From the NCBI GenBank assembly GCA_046735355.1, contig JBKPTC010000073.1, positions 1 through 62,192 of the forward strand: a stretch of DNA of 62,192 nucleotides, read 5' to 3'. Below, in pieces: positions 1 through 8,088 of the stretch. Position 1 is the first letter of the stretch, and each line of letters begins with the position of its first letter. This DNA is from a bacterium (GTDB lineage Bacteria; Actinomycetota; UBA4738; HRBIN12). The position numbers were made by a program, and so were the translations under genes. The notes below the pieces were generated by a model, which saw nothing but the letters and a program-made list of their open reading frames with translations, did not search any database and had not been told where the DNA came from.

Positions 1-925
1 GGCTCGGCTCGTCGATGCGCGGCACGGGGAGCGCGCGCGGATGCTCGGCGTCGGCCAGCGTCTCCCCGATCGTCACGTCGGCGATCCCGGCGACGGCGAT
101 GATCTCGCCCGGGCCGGCCTCGTCCGCATCCACGCGGTCGAGGGTCTCCGTGACGTACAGCTCGCCGAGCTTGACGCGCTCGACCGAGCCGTCCACGCGA
201 CACCACGCGACCTGCTGACCGCGTGCGATCGAACCGTGCATCACGCGACAGATCGCGAGCCGTCCGACGTACGGCGAGGCGTCGAGGTTCGTCACGAGCG
301 CCTGCAGCGGATGGCCCTCCTCGAAGGCGGGCGCGGGGATGTGCTCGAGCAGCGACTCGAACAACGGCTTGAGATCGGACGCCAGCGCGTCCGGCGCCTC
401 ACCGCACGTGCCGGCGCGCGCGTTGGCGTACAGGATCGGAAACTCGATCTGGTGCTCGTCGGCGTCGAGGTCGATGAACAGCTGATACACCTCGTCCAGG
501 ACCTCGGCGATCCGCGCGTCGGGGCGGTCGACCTTGTTGATCACGAGGATCACCGGCAGCCGCCGCTCGAGCGTCTTGCGGAGCACGAACCGGGTCTGCG
601 GCAGCGGCCCCTCGCTCGCGTCGACGAGCAGCAGCACGCCGTCGACCATCGTCAGCGCGCGCTCGACCTCGCCGCCGAAGTCCGCGTGCCCCGGCGTGTC
701 GACGATGTTGATCTTGACGTCGCCGTAGCGGACGGCCGTGTTCTTGGCCAGGATCGTGATGCCCTTCTCGCGCTCGAGATCCATCGAGTCGAGCACGCGG
801 TCGGCGACGTCCTGGTTGGCTCGGAACGCGCCCGTCTGCCACAGCATCGCGTCGACGAGCGTGGTCTTGCCGTGGTCGACGTGGGCCACGATCGCGACGT
901 TGCGAAGGTCCGAACGGACGGGCAT
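1..925 (-). CDS. typA: Translational GTPase TypA/BipA (N-terminal part; gene runs off the window start)
   Basis: The reverse complement from 925 reads [28 protein letters not shown]. Further on come [19 protein letters not shown] and [13 protein letters not shown] (G1/G3/G4 motifs). It is missing from the ORF track because it has no stop codon in the window. Confidence 0.85.
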   Translation of the reverse strand, partial: MPVRSDLRNVAIVAHVDHGKTTLVDAMLWQTGAFRANQDVADRVLDSMDLEREKGITILAKNTAVRYGDVKINIVDTPGHADFGGEVERALTMVDGVLLLVDASEGPLPQTRFVLRKTLERRLPVILVINKVDRPDARIAEVLDEVYQLFIDLDADEHQIEFPILYANARAGTCGEAPDALASDLKPLFESLLEHIPAPAFEEGHPLQALVTNLDASPYVGRLAICRVMHGSIARGQQVAWCRVDGSVERVKLGELYVTETLDRVDADEAGPGEIIAVAGIADVTIGETLADAEHPRALPVPRIDEPS

Positions 926-953
926 CCGTCCAGCGTACGGGACGGCGGCCGCG

Positions 954-2171
954 TCACCCGTCGCAGCGTCGGACGAAGCCGCCGCCGGATCCGCGCGCAC
1001 AGACGTCGGATCCGCCGCCGCCGTCGAGGCCGTCGTATCCGTCGCCGCCGCGGAGGACGTCGGCCCCTCGGTCACCGAACAACAGGTCGTTGCCCGCGTC
1101 GCCGAAGAGCCGGTCCGCGCCGGCGGCGCCATAGACGAGGTCGAACCCGCGGCCCGCGCGCACGACGTCGTCGCCGTCGCCCCCGCAGATCACGTCGGGT
1201 CCGCCGGTGCCGCGAAGATGGTCGTCGCCGACCGTGCCGGCGATGGTGCAGGTCGGATGCGGTTCCCAGGTCGGCGCCAGATCCGGGCGCCGAACGTCGG
1301 TGAGCCGCCGGCGATTTCCGCCGGAGGCGTCGATGACGAAGACGTCGACGTTGCCGCCACCCTCGGGGAACGCCGTGAACGCGATCTTCGTGCCGTCGGG
1401 CGACCACGCCGGCTCGGATTCGACCCAGTCGGGCGACGATGTCAGGCCGACCTTGCCCGACCCGTCCGCGTTCATCAGTCCGATGTCGGTCGTTCCGTTG
1501 GTGCAGCAGGTGGTGTACGCGATGGTCGTGCCGTCGGGCGACCAGGCGGGATCGGCGTCGATCTCCGGGTTGTGCGTCAGCCGGCGCTCTCGCCTGCCGT
1601 TCGCCCGCATGACGTAGATCTCCGGCATCCCACCGTTCCGGTCGCTCGCGAACGCGATCTGCCCGCCGTCCGGCGACCACGTGGGACCGGTGTCGGCCGC
1701 ACCCGCGTCGTGCGACGTCAACTTCCTCAGGTGAAGACCCTCGGCGTTCATCGAGAAGATGCGGAACGGCGCGGTCCGCGTCGTCTGCGATGACACGGCG
1801 AGCATGGTGCCGTCCGGCGACCAGACGGGATCGCGCGTGACCACGTTGGTATGCGGCAGATGGGCGCGGCCGCCGCCGTCGGCGTTCATGACGAACAGGT
1901 CGGTGCGGCCGGTCCCGATCGAACGGCGGACGTACGCGATGCGCGATCCGTCCGGCGACCACGCGGGATCCAGCTCGTCGTACGCGTCGTTGCGCGTGAG
2001 ATCGCGGAGGGCTCCGCTGTCCGGCCTGATCGCGTAGACGTCGGACTGGCCGTCACGGATCGACCGGAACGCGATCCTGCCGTTCGTCGCGGGAAACGCT
2101 GCGGCGGAACGGACGCCCGCCGCGAGCTCCAGGGCCAGGGCCACGGCCACGACCGCGACGACCCTTCGCAT
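954..2171 (-). CDS. Secreted TolB-like (PD40/WD40-like) beta-propeller protein with C-terminal RTX-type Ca-binding repeats
   Basis: Part of ORF 954..2456. An internal ATG at 2171 gives the signal peptide [19 protein letters not shown]. The motif (P/A)WSPDG..IA(F/Y) recurs at least 5 times. The C-terminus has GGDGDD / [10 protein letters not shown] / [10 protein letters not shown] / [15 protein letters not shown] nonapeptide-like repeats. Confidence 0.75.
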   Translation of the reverse strand: MRRVVAVVAVALALELAAGVRSAAAFPATNGRIAFRSIRDGQSDVYAIRPDSGALRDLTRNDAYDELDPAWSPDGSRIAYVRRSIGTGRTDLFVMNADGGGRAHLPHTNVVTRDPVWSPDGTMLAVSSQTTRTAPFRIFSMNAEGLHLRKLTSHDAGAADTGPTWSPDGGQIAFASDRNGGMPEIYVMRANGRRERRLTHNPEIDADPAWSPDGTTIAYTTCCTNGTTDIGLMNADGSGKVGLTSSPDWVESEPAWSPDGTKIAFTAFPEGGGNVDVFVIDASGGNRRRLTDVRRPDLAPTWEPHPTCTIAGTVGDDHLRGTGGPDVICGGDGDDVVRAGRGFDLVYGAAGADRLFGDAGNDLLFGDRGADVLRGGDGYDGLDGGGGSDVCARGSGGGFVRRCDG

Positions 2172-2202
2172 GCCCACGTCGCCTCCCCTACGATGTGCGG
2201 CC

Positions 2203-3453
2203 ATGCAACGTACCATCCGTGCCCGCGCGATCCTCGCGCTCGTCGCCCTGGTCGGCCTCGCGTGGGGAGGAGCCGTTCGACCAGCGCGAGCGTCCGTCCG
2301 CGTCGGTGCGACGACGTATCCCGAGCCGAGCGCCCGCGAGCGTAGCGTCGGCGACCGGGTTGCGCTGCGGGGCAAGCGGATCCGCACGATCCGACGGCAC
2401 GTCGCCCCGGGCGTGACCTTGGTCAAGATCGTCGATCGGCGCACGCCCCGGCGCATCTACGTGATCCGCGCCGACGTGCGCAACGTTCCGGCGACGTACG
2501 ACGTCACGCTCGCCGGTCCCGCGCTCGGCGACCGCGCCACCGTGCCGCAGATGGCCGCGGCCAACGACGCGCTCGCCGCGATCAACGGCGACTTCAGCTC
2601 GCGCATCGTCGGCCGCCCGATCCACGCGTTCGTCGAGGACGGGACGTTCGTGCAGTCCTCCGGCCCGGGCGCGTCGTTCGTTGTGTCGCGTTCGGAACGA
2701 CGCGCCGACGCGGGCGCGACGAGGCAGGTGATGACCGCGCACGACGCGCAGACCGGGCTCACGTGGCGGATCGACCGCTGGAACCACGGTCCGCCGGGCG
2801 TCGGCGAGGTCGCGGCCTTCTCGAACGCCGGCGGCTCGTTGGAGACGCCTCCCGACGATGCGTGCTATCTGCGCCTCACACTCGACGGGGCGCCCGAGCC
2901 GGCTCGCGACGGGCCCGGGCTCGATCAGCGGTTCGAGGTCGAACGTTCGACCTGCCGCGCCGACGCGGTCGGTCCGGCGGGCGGGGTCGTCCTCGTCGCG
3001 GTGCCCGGCACCGACGAGGCGACCGAGCTCCAGGCGCTCCGCGTCGGCACCGCCGTGACGATCCACCTCAGCCTCGGCTGGCGGAACGCCTACGACGTGC
3101 TCGGCGGCGACCGTGTGCTGATCAACCACGGCCGCGTCACCGTTCCGACCACGTGCGGCTCGGCGTACTGCCGGGCGCAGCCGAGGACCGGCATCGGCGC
3201 CGACGCGAAGGGTCGAGTGTTGCTGGTCGTCGTCGACGGCCGGCAGCCCGATCGCTCGCTGGGGCTCTCGCTCCTCGGGTTCGCCCGGCTCATGAAGGAC
3301 CTCGGCGCGGTCGAGGCGCTCAACCTCGACGGCGGTGGCGCGAGCACGATGGTCGTCGAAGGAGAGGTCGTGAACCGGCCCTCGGACGGCTCGCTCCGCC
3401 ATGTCGCGACCGCGGCGCTGATCCTGCCCGGTCCGGATCCCGACGAGGCCTGA
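2203..3453 (+). CDS. Phosphodiester glycosidase family (NAGPA/DUF2233-like) secreted protein
   Basis: Part of ORF 2170..3453. The ATG at 2203 gives the signal-like N-terminus MQRTIRARAILALVALVGLAWG. The motifs AAINGDFSS and LNLDGGGASTMVV are as I recall for this family. The start could instead be 2170. Confidence 0.6.
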   Translation: MQRTIRARAILALVALVGLAWGGAVRPARASVRVGATTYPEPSARERSVGDRVALRGKRIRTIRRHVAPGVTLVKIVDRRTPRRIYVIRADVRNVPATYDVTLAGPALGDRATVPQMAAANDALAAINGDFSSRIVGRPIHAFVEDGTFVQSSGPGASFVVSRSERRADAGATRQVMTAHDAQTGLTWRIDRWNHGPPGVGEVAAFSNAGGSLETPPDDACYLRLTLDGAPEPARDGPGLDQRFEVERSTCRADAVGPAGGVVLVAVPGTDEATELQALRVGTAVTIHLSLGWRNAYDVLGGDRVLINHGRVTVPTTCGSAYCRAQPRTGIGADAKGRVLLVVVDGRQPDRSLGLSLLGFARLMKDLGAVEALNLDGGGASTMVVEGEVVNRPSDGSLRHVATAALILPGPDPDEA

Positions 3454-3599
3454 GGGCCGGGACGAGCTCCGGCCGATCGGTCGCGCGACGCCCGTTTCCA
3501 CCCCTTCGAACCAGGGAAGCGGTCAGAGGGATCGCTGCTCGTCGACCGCGAGCCGGAGACGGCTCGTCCAGGGAGGGATCAGTCGTGACCATCGATCGC

Positions 3600-4895
3600 A
3601 TGCCGCGTGCCCGCGCGCGAGCGTCGCGCCGTCCCCTCGCCGCCGCGATGCTCGTCCTCGCGACGTCGGCCGTCGTGCTGGTCGGCGCCGCTCCGGCGCA
3701 GGCGACGCCGAGGCCGCAGGCCACCTATCAGACCAACGGACGCGTCTGGTCGATCGTGTACCGCAAGGGCGTCGCGTTCATCGGCGGCGACTTCACGGCT
3801 GTCCGCCCGGCCGGCGCGGCCCCCGGCACGCAGGAGGTCCCCCGCCAGCACCTCGCCGCGATCGACGCCTCGACCGGCCGCGTGCTGCCGTGGAACCCGG
3901 GTGCCGACGGCCGCGTGTACACCATCCGGAAGATCCGGCGACGTCTGTACATCGGCGGATCGTTCTCGACCGTCGGCGGCGCGGCGCGAGCCAACATCGC
4001 CGCGGTGGACCCCGACGACGGCCACGTGTTCAGGTGGCATCCGACCACGGACGGATACGTCCGCGCGATCGCGAAGGGTCCGAACGGCAACCTGTTCATC
4101 GGTGGCAAGTTCGCGAACGTCAACGGCGCGCACCGGTACCGGATCGCCCAGCTGCATCCGGACGGCTCGCTCGTGAACTGGGCGCCGAGGATCGGCCAAG
4201 TGAGCGGGTTCGCGTGTCCGCCACGCTGCGCGGCGAAGGTGTGGACGATCGCGTTCTCGGGAGACGCCGTGTACTTCGGCGGACACTTCGGGCTGGTCAA
4301 CGGCGTGAGCCGGAACTCCGCCGCGGCGGTCGGCATCGACGACGACACCGACCTTCGAGCGTGGAACCCGGACATCTACGCGGCGGCGAACTGTCCCACG
4401 TGCCAGACCGTCGAGACCGAGCGGGTGTTCCACATGATCCGCTACGACTCGAAGATGTACATGTGCGGCGGGTTCTGGCTCACGGAGGGCGGCAGCGTCC
4501 GAGCGTTCAACCTGCTCGTCACGAACCTGACGAACGGCGCGAAGGACCCGACGTTCGCGGCCGGCAACGACGGTGACACGCCGTCCTGCGCGATCCGCGA
4601 CGGCGTCTTCTACTTCGGCGGCCACTTCAACTGGGTCGGCTCGATCTGCTCGCAGAACCCCGGCGGGCAGAGCCACAAGTGCACGTCGGACAACTCCACC
4701 CGACGCAACCACATCGCCGCGGTCGACGCGCAGACCGGCGACCTGCTCGGCTGGAACCCCGGAGCCAACTCGACGACGGGCGTCTGGGCGTTCGGCGTGA
4801 GTCGAACCTACGTCGCGGCCGGCGGCGACTTCACGAGGATCGGCGGGATCGAGCAGGAGGGGTTCGCGCAGTTCGGCAATCGGCAACTGCCCTGA
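3600..4895 (+). CDS. Secreted beta-propeller repeat protein (delta-60/DUF5122-like repeats), paralog of 47003..48316
   Basis: This is the 3' part of ORF 2763..4895. The ATG at 3600 (alternative GTG at 3585) gives MPRARARASRRPLAAAMLVLATSAVVLVGAAPAQA. The unit (I/F)GG.F..V.G..R..(I/L)AA(V/I)D...G....W.P is repeated. The upstream part of the ORF is an R/G-rich overlap with the previous gene. Confidence 0.65.
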   Translation: MPRARARASRRPLAAAMLVLATSAVVLVGAAPAQATPRPQATYQTNGRVWSIVYRKGVAFIGGDFTAVRPAGAAPGTQEVPRQHLAAIDASTGRVLPWNPGADGRVYTIRKIRRRLYIGGSFSTVGGAARANIAAVDPDDGHVFRWHPTTDGYVRAIAKGPNGNLFIGGKFANVNGAHRYRIAQLHPDGSLVNWAPRIGQVSGFACPPRCAAKVWTIAFSGDAVYFGGHFGLVNGVSRNSAAAVGIDDDTDLRAWNPDIYAAANCPTCQTVETERVFHMIRYDSKMYMCGGFWLTEGGSVRAFNLLVTNLTNGAKDPTFAAGNDGDTPSCAIRDGVFYFGGHFNWVGSICSQNPGGQSHKCTSDNSTRRNHIAAVDAQTGDLLGWNPGANSTTGVWAFGVSRTYVAAGGDFTRIGGIEQEGFAQFGNRQLP

Positions 4896-4923
4896 CCCGC
4901 GCGTGACGGCGGAACCAACGAGA

Positions 4924-4950
4924 GGCGGGAGCGCCGGTCGCGCTCCCGCC
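4924..4950. terminator. GC-rich hairpin between convergent genes (candidate bidirectional terminator)
   Basis: GGCGGGAGCGC (4924-4934) and GCGCTCCCGCC (4940-4950) form a perfect 11-bp inverted repeat with a 5-nt loop. It is followed by TCCGTTCGTTCG. It lies between the stop codons at 4895 (+) and 4978 (-). Confidence 0.4.
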
Positions 4951-4977
4951 TCCGTTCGTTCGCAGAACCGAGCTCGG

Positions 4978-5841
4978 CTAGCCGAGCGACCAGTTCAGGA
5001 TGTTGGCCCTGACCGCCCGTGACAGGCCGACGAGCAGACCCTTCGACGGCGACTCGAGCTTCGGCGCCGCGTTGATCGCGTGCTCGTTCGTGTCGTGCAT
5101 CTGCGTGAAGAACAGCAGGTACACCGTCGCCCGCGGCGGCACCTTGATCTTGAACTCCGGCGTGAAGCAGCCCGACCCGAAGTCGTTGAGGACGTCGGTC
5201 GGCCGCTCGTCGGCGCGCGCCCCGAAGAGCGCGAACGTGAGCGCCGGATCGCCGGGCGTCGTGGCGTCGTCGCTCGAGACGACCCACTTGTCCTTCGCGA
5301 CCTCGTAGGACGTGTTGCCGTTGCTCGAGTCACGGACCGCCTCGCCGCCGTCCGAGCCGAGGTTCGAGTCCCACAGCACGGTCAGGCGCTTGGCGTCGCG
5401 GTGCCCGTTGTGGAACGCGATCAGGCTGCGCAGCGTCGGGCTGTTGTCGAACGTGCGGTCGTAGCGCCACACGTGCACGCCGCCGGCGTGGATCCCGTCG
5501 GCGATGACCTGGTCGTTCGTGACGTTCAGGATCGAGTCCTTGTCCGTCAGGTTCTTGCCGTTGACCGTCACGATCAGGCCGTCGTCGAACGCGTCGCTCT
5601 GGGCGTAGTCCGGCCCGAACGCGCCGTCCGAGACGGGCGTGTACGCCGGGTCGCCGGTCTCGCACGAGCTCGCGTCCCACGTCGCTTCCCAGTACGTCGG
5701 GCCGCCGCCGACCTGGACCACGTAGTCCGCGTTCACGAGCGGGCTGGACCCGTCGTCCGCCGACGCGGCCGGTACGAGCGCCGTAAGCGCACACAGGCCG
5801 ACGCCGAGCCCTACGACGATCGCGGTACGGATCGATCTCAT
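4978..5841 (-). CDS. Secreted hypothetical protein (no family recognised)
   Basis: Part of ORF 4978..6120. An internal ATG at 5841 is preceded by GGAGG (5'-GAGGAGGCACGATG). The signal peptide is MRSIRTAIVVGLGVGLCALTALVPAASA. Confidence 0.6.
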   Translation of the reverse strand: MRSIRTAIVVGLGVGLCALTALVPAASADDGSSPLVNADYVVQVGGGPTYWEATWDASSCETGDPAYTPVSDGAFGPDYAQSDAFDDGLIVTVNGKNLTDKDSILNVTNDQVIADGIHAGGVHVWRYDRTFDNSPTLRSLIAFHNGHRDAKRLTVLWDSNLGSDGGEAVRDSSNGNTSYEVAKDKWVVSSDDATTPGDPALTFALFGARADERPTDVLNDFGSGCFTPEFKIKVPPRATVYLLFFTQMHDTNEHAINAAPKLESPSKGLLVGLSRAVRANILNWSLG

Positions 5842-6038
5842 CGTGCCTCCTCTCGCTTCACATCGAAGCAGCGCCGCATGGTAGTCATGACGGCGACGCG
5901 AATCTCGGAAGAGGCGCGAGTTTTTTCGCGATCGGCACGCGCACCGGTTGCCTTGCACGGCGCGACCGGGCGCGAGAGGCTCGACCGGCCGATCCGGAGG
6001 GATCGGATGCAGCCGACAACGAGCGACGGGGAGGGTGC

Positions 6039-6398
6039 ATGTCCGGGGTGTCGAAGATGCGGGCCGCGTTCGCGGCGACCGCGGTCGTCGCGCTCGTGAT
6101 CCTGCCGGCGGCGACGGCACAGGCGTCGGTACGGGTGAAGGCGACGGGGTCGAACATGTTCCGCCCGAAGCGGCTCGAGGTCGCGACCGGGACCAAGGTG
6201 GTGTGGAAGTCGGTGAGTGGAACCCACACCGTCACCGCCTACTCGCGGAACTGGGCGAAGGACGCTCAGATCTCGACGGGCGACACGACGTCGTTCACGT
6301 TCGGTTCGTCGGGCCGGTACAGGTACTACTGCCGGTTCCATGCGCAGGTCGTGAACGGCGTCTGCTCTGGGATGTGCGGAAAGGTGATCGTCGGCTGA
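6039..6398 (+). CDS. Small secreted cupredoxin-fold (type-1 copper-like) protein
   Basis: The SD GGGGAGGG lies upstream of the ATG. The signal peptide ends PAATAQA. Candidate copper ligands are GTHTV ... YYCRFH......GMCGKVIV (a His, Cys-X2-His, Met pattern). Confidence 0.65.
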   Translation: MSGVSKMRAAFAATAVVALVILPAATAQASVRVKATGSNMFRPKRLEVATGTKVVWKSVSGTHTVTAYSRNWAKDAQISTGDTTSFTFGSSGRYRYYCRFHAQVVNGVCSGMCGKVIVG

Positions 6399-6455
6399 CC
6401 GGTCGGCCTCGACCCCTGCGCGTCAGCCCGTTCCGGCCGGTCGCATCCGGTGCGA

Positions 6456-6695
6456 TCAGGGGGCGAACAGCCCGAGCGCCCGCTGCCCGGCCTGCTCGGA
6501 CTCGAACACGCGGATGATCGCGTTGGGCGTTCGACGGAGCTCGGAGGCCCGCCGGTTGGTGGTTCGGACGAGGACGGCATGCGGCGCTCGGCCGACGACC
6601 TCGGCCTCGCGCTCGACGCGGGCGAGGTCGACGATGTCGTCGACGACGCCGCCGACCGCGAGCACCCACCGCTCCTGATCCGTCACCGATCTCAT
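6456..6695 (-). CDS. Small hypothetical protein (79 aa from ATG 6695; could extend to ATG 6737)
   Basis: This is the 3' part of ORF 6456..6908. Third codon positions are almost all G/C over the last ~80 codons, which is a strong coding signal for this genome. That signal decays upstream of 6695. No family was recognised. Confidence 0.4.
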   Translation of the reverse strand: MRSVTDQERWVLAVGGVVDDIVDLARVEREAEVVGRAPHAVLVRTTNRRASELRRTPNAIIRVFESEQAGQRALGLFAP

Positions 6696-6906
6696 CTGCG
6701 TAGGACGATGTTCCGACAGCGGCCAGGGGTCGGGCATCGGCGGAAAGGCCGAACGTTCGGTGGGGCCGTGCGCCGCAACCCGGTCCGGCGGACCTAGGCC
6801 CCTCGCGCCCCGAACGGTCGGCGCCCACCCATGCACACGCTCCGCGGCCGCGTAGTGCGTTCTGCCGTAGATACGACGACCGACGCCGGCGTACCCTCGA
6901 CCGGCC

Positions 6907-7983
6907 ATGCGAGCTCCGATAGCCCGCGGAGCCGGGGCGCCCGCCCGTTCCTCTCGTCCCGCGGCGGCGCTGCTCGTGCTCGTGATGCTGGCGTTCGCGC
7001 CGGCCGGAACGGCGCTGGCCGACAGCAGCGACGACCTCCATCACGCCAAGCAGGAGCTCCACAAGACGAGCGCGCGGATACGCGCTCGCATGGCCAGGCT
7101 CGATGCCCTGCAGCGAAAGATGAACGACCTGGCGACGCGGATCGGGCACAACGAGGACCAGATCAACCGGACGCTCGCCAAGATCCACACCCTCCAGGTG
7201 GGGATCGCCGCGCTCGAGCGGCGCCTGGCGATCCTCAGCGCACGCCTGGCGGAGCGGTCACGGCAGGCGTACATCATGGGTCCGGCCACGCCGATGGTGT
7301 ACCTCCTCACCGCGTCGTCCGCGGCCGACGCCGCCAACCGGATCGGGCTCCTCGAGGAGATGAGCCGCCGCGACCGGATCCTGGCCGCCGAGGTGGTGTC
7401 GGTTCGAGACGAGCTCGCGGTGCGACGGAGCGAGCTCCAGAAGACGACGTGGTACCTGTCGACGGTGCGCGCGCAGCTGCACGAGGACGAGGTCGAGCTT
7501 CGCAAGACGATGGAGCAGTCGCGGTCGATCCTGGCGTCGCTCCGCCAACATCGCGAGGACGTCAAGCGACAGATCTCGATGATCCGCCCGTTCGCCGTGT
7601 GTCCCGTGGGCGATCCCCACGCCGTCGGCGACGACTTCGGCATATGGGTCCACCGGAGCAAGAAGTGGGGCGGCGACCACGTTCACCAGGGCAACGACAT
7701 CATGGCGCCGGAGGGCACGCCGATCTACGCGCCGTTCGACGGAAACGCCGTCGTCGCGACCAACCACATCGGCGGCACGGCCGTGAAGGTCTACGGCAAG
7801 TACGGCTACGTGTACAACGCGCACCTGTCGCGATTCGGCCGGCTCGGCCAGGTGCAGGCCGGCGACGTCATCGGCTACGTCGGGCACACCGGCGACACGG
7901 GCGCCAACCATGACCACTTCGAATGGCACCCGGGCAACGGGCCGGCGGTCGATCCGCACGGCTTCCTGATGCTCGTCTGCTGA
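6907..7983 (+). CDS. M23 family metallopeptidase with N-terminal coiled-coil (EnvC/RipA-like architecture)
   Basis: The signal peptide is ...LLVLVMLAFAPAGTALA. A long heptad-like helical region follows. The catalytic motifs are HQGNDI (HxxxD) and HDHFEWH (HxH). Confidence 0.85.
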   Translation: MRAPIARGAGAPARSSRPAAALLVLVMLAFAPAGTALADSSDDLHHAKQELHKTSARIRARMARLDALQRKMNDLATRIGHNEDQINRTLAKIHTLQVGIAALERRLAILSARLAERSRQAYIMGPATPMVYLLTASSAADAANRIGLLEEMSRRDRILAAEVVSVRDELAVRRSELQKTTWYLSTVRAQLHEDEVELRKTMEQSRSILASLRQHREDVKRQISMIRPFAVCPVGDPHAVGDDFGIWVHRSKKWGGDHVHQGNDIMAPEGTPIYAPFDGNAVVATNHIGGTAVKVYGKYGYVYNAHLSRFGRLGQVQAGDVIGYVGHTGDTGANHDHFEWHPGNGPAVDPHGFLMLVC

Positions 7984-8088
7984 CGCGAGCGGGCAACGCC
8001 CGCATCGTCACCACCGCACGACGACGTCGTCCACGTGCGCGTCGAACGCCACGGAGGGCCGAACGGCCCGTTCCGGTAAGGCCGTTCG

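Noticed and set aside
6696-6906. Possible c-di-AMP (ydaO-type) riboswitch upstream of the M23 peptidase, as found ahead of some actinobacterial cell-wall hydrolases.
   Set aside because: I could not find the conserved blocks I remember for this motif (GGGGACCCA / GGGGUGAAUC / CAGCUAACCUCGUAAGCG-like). There were only vague CCCGAAC-like matches. This needs an Infernal scan before any claim.
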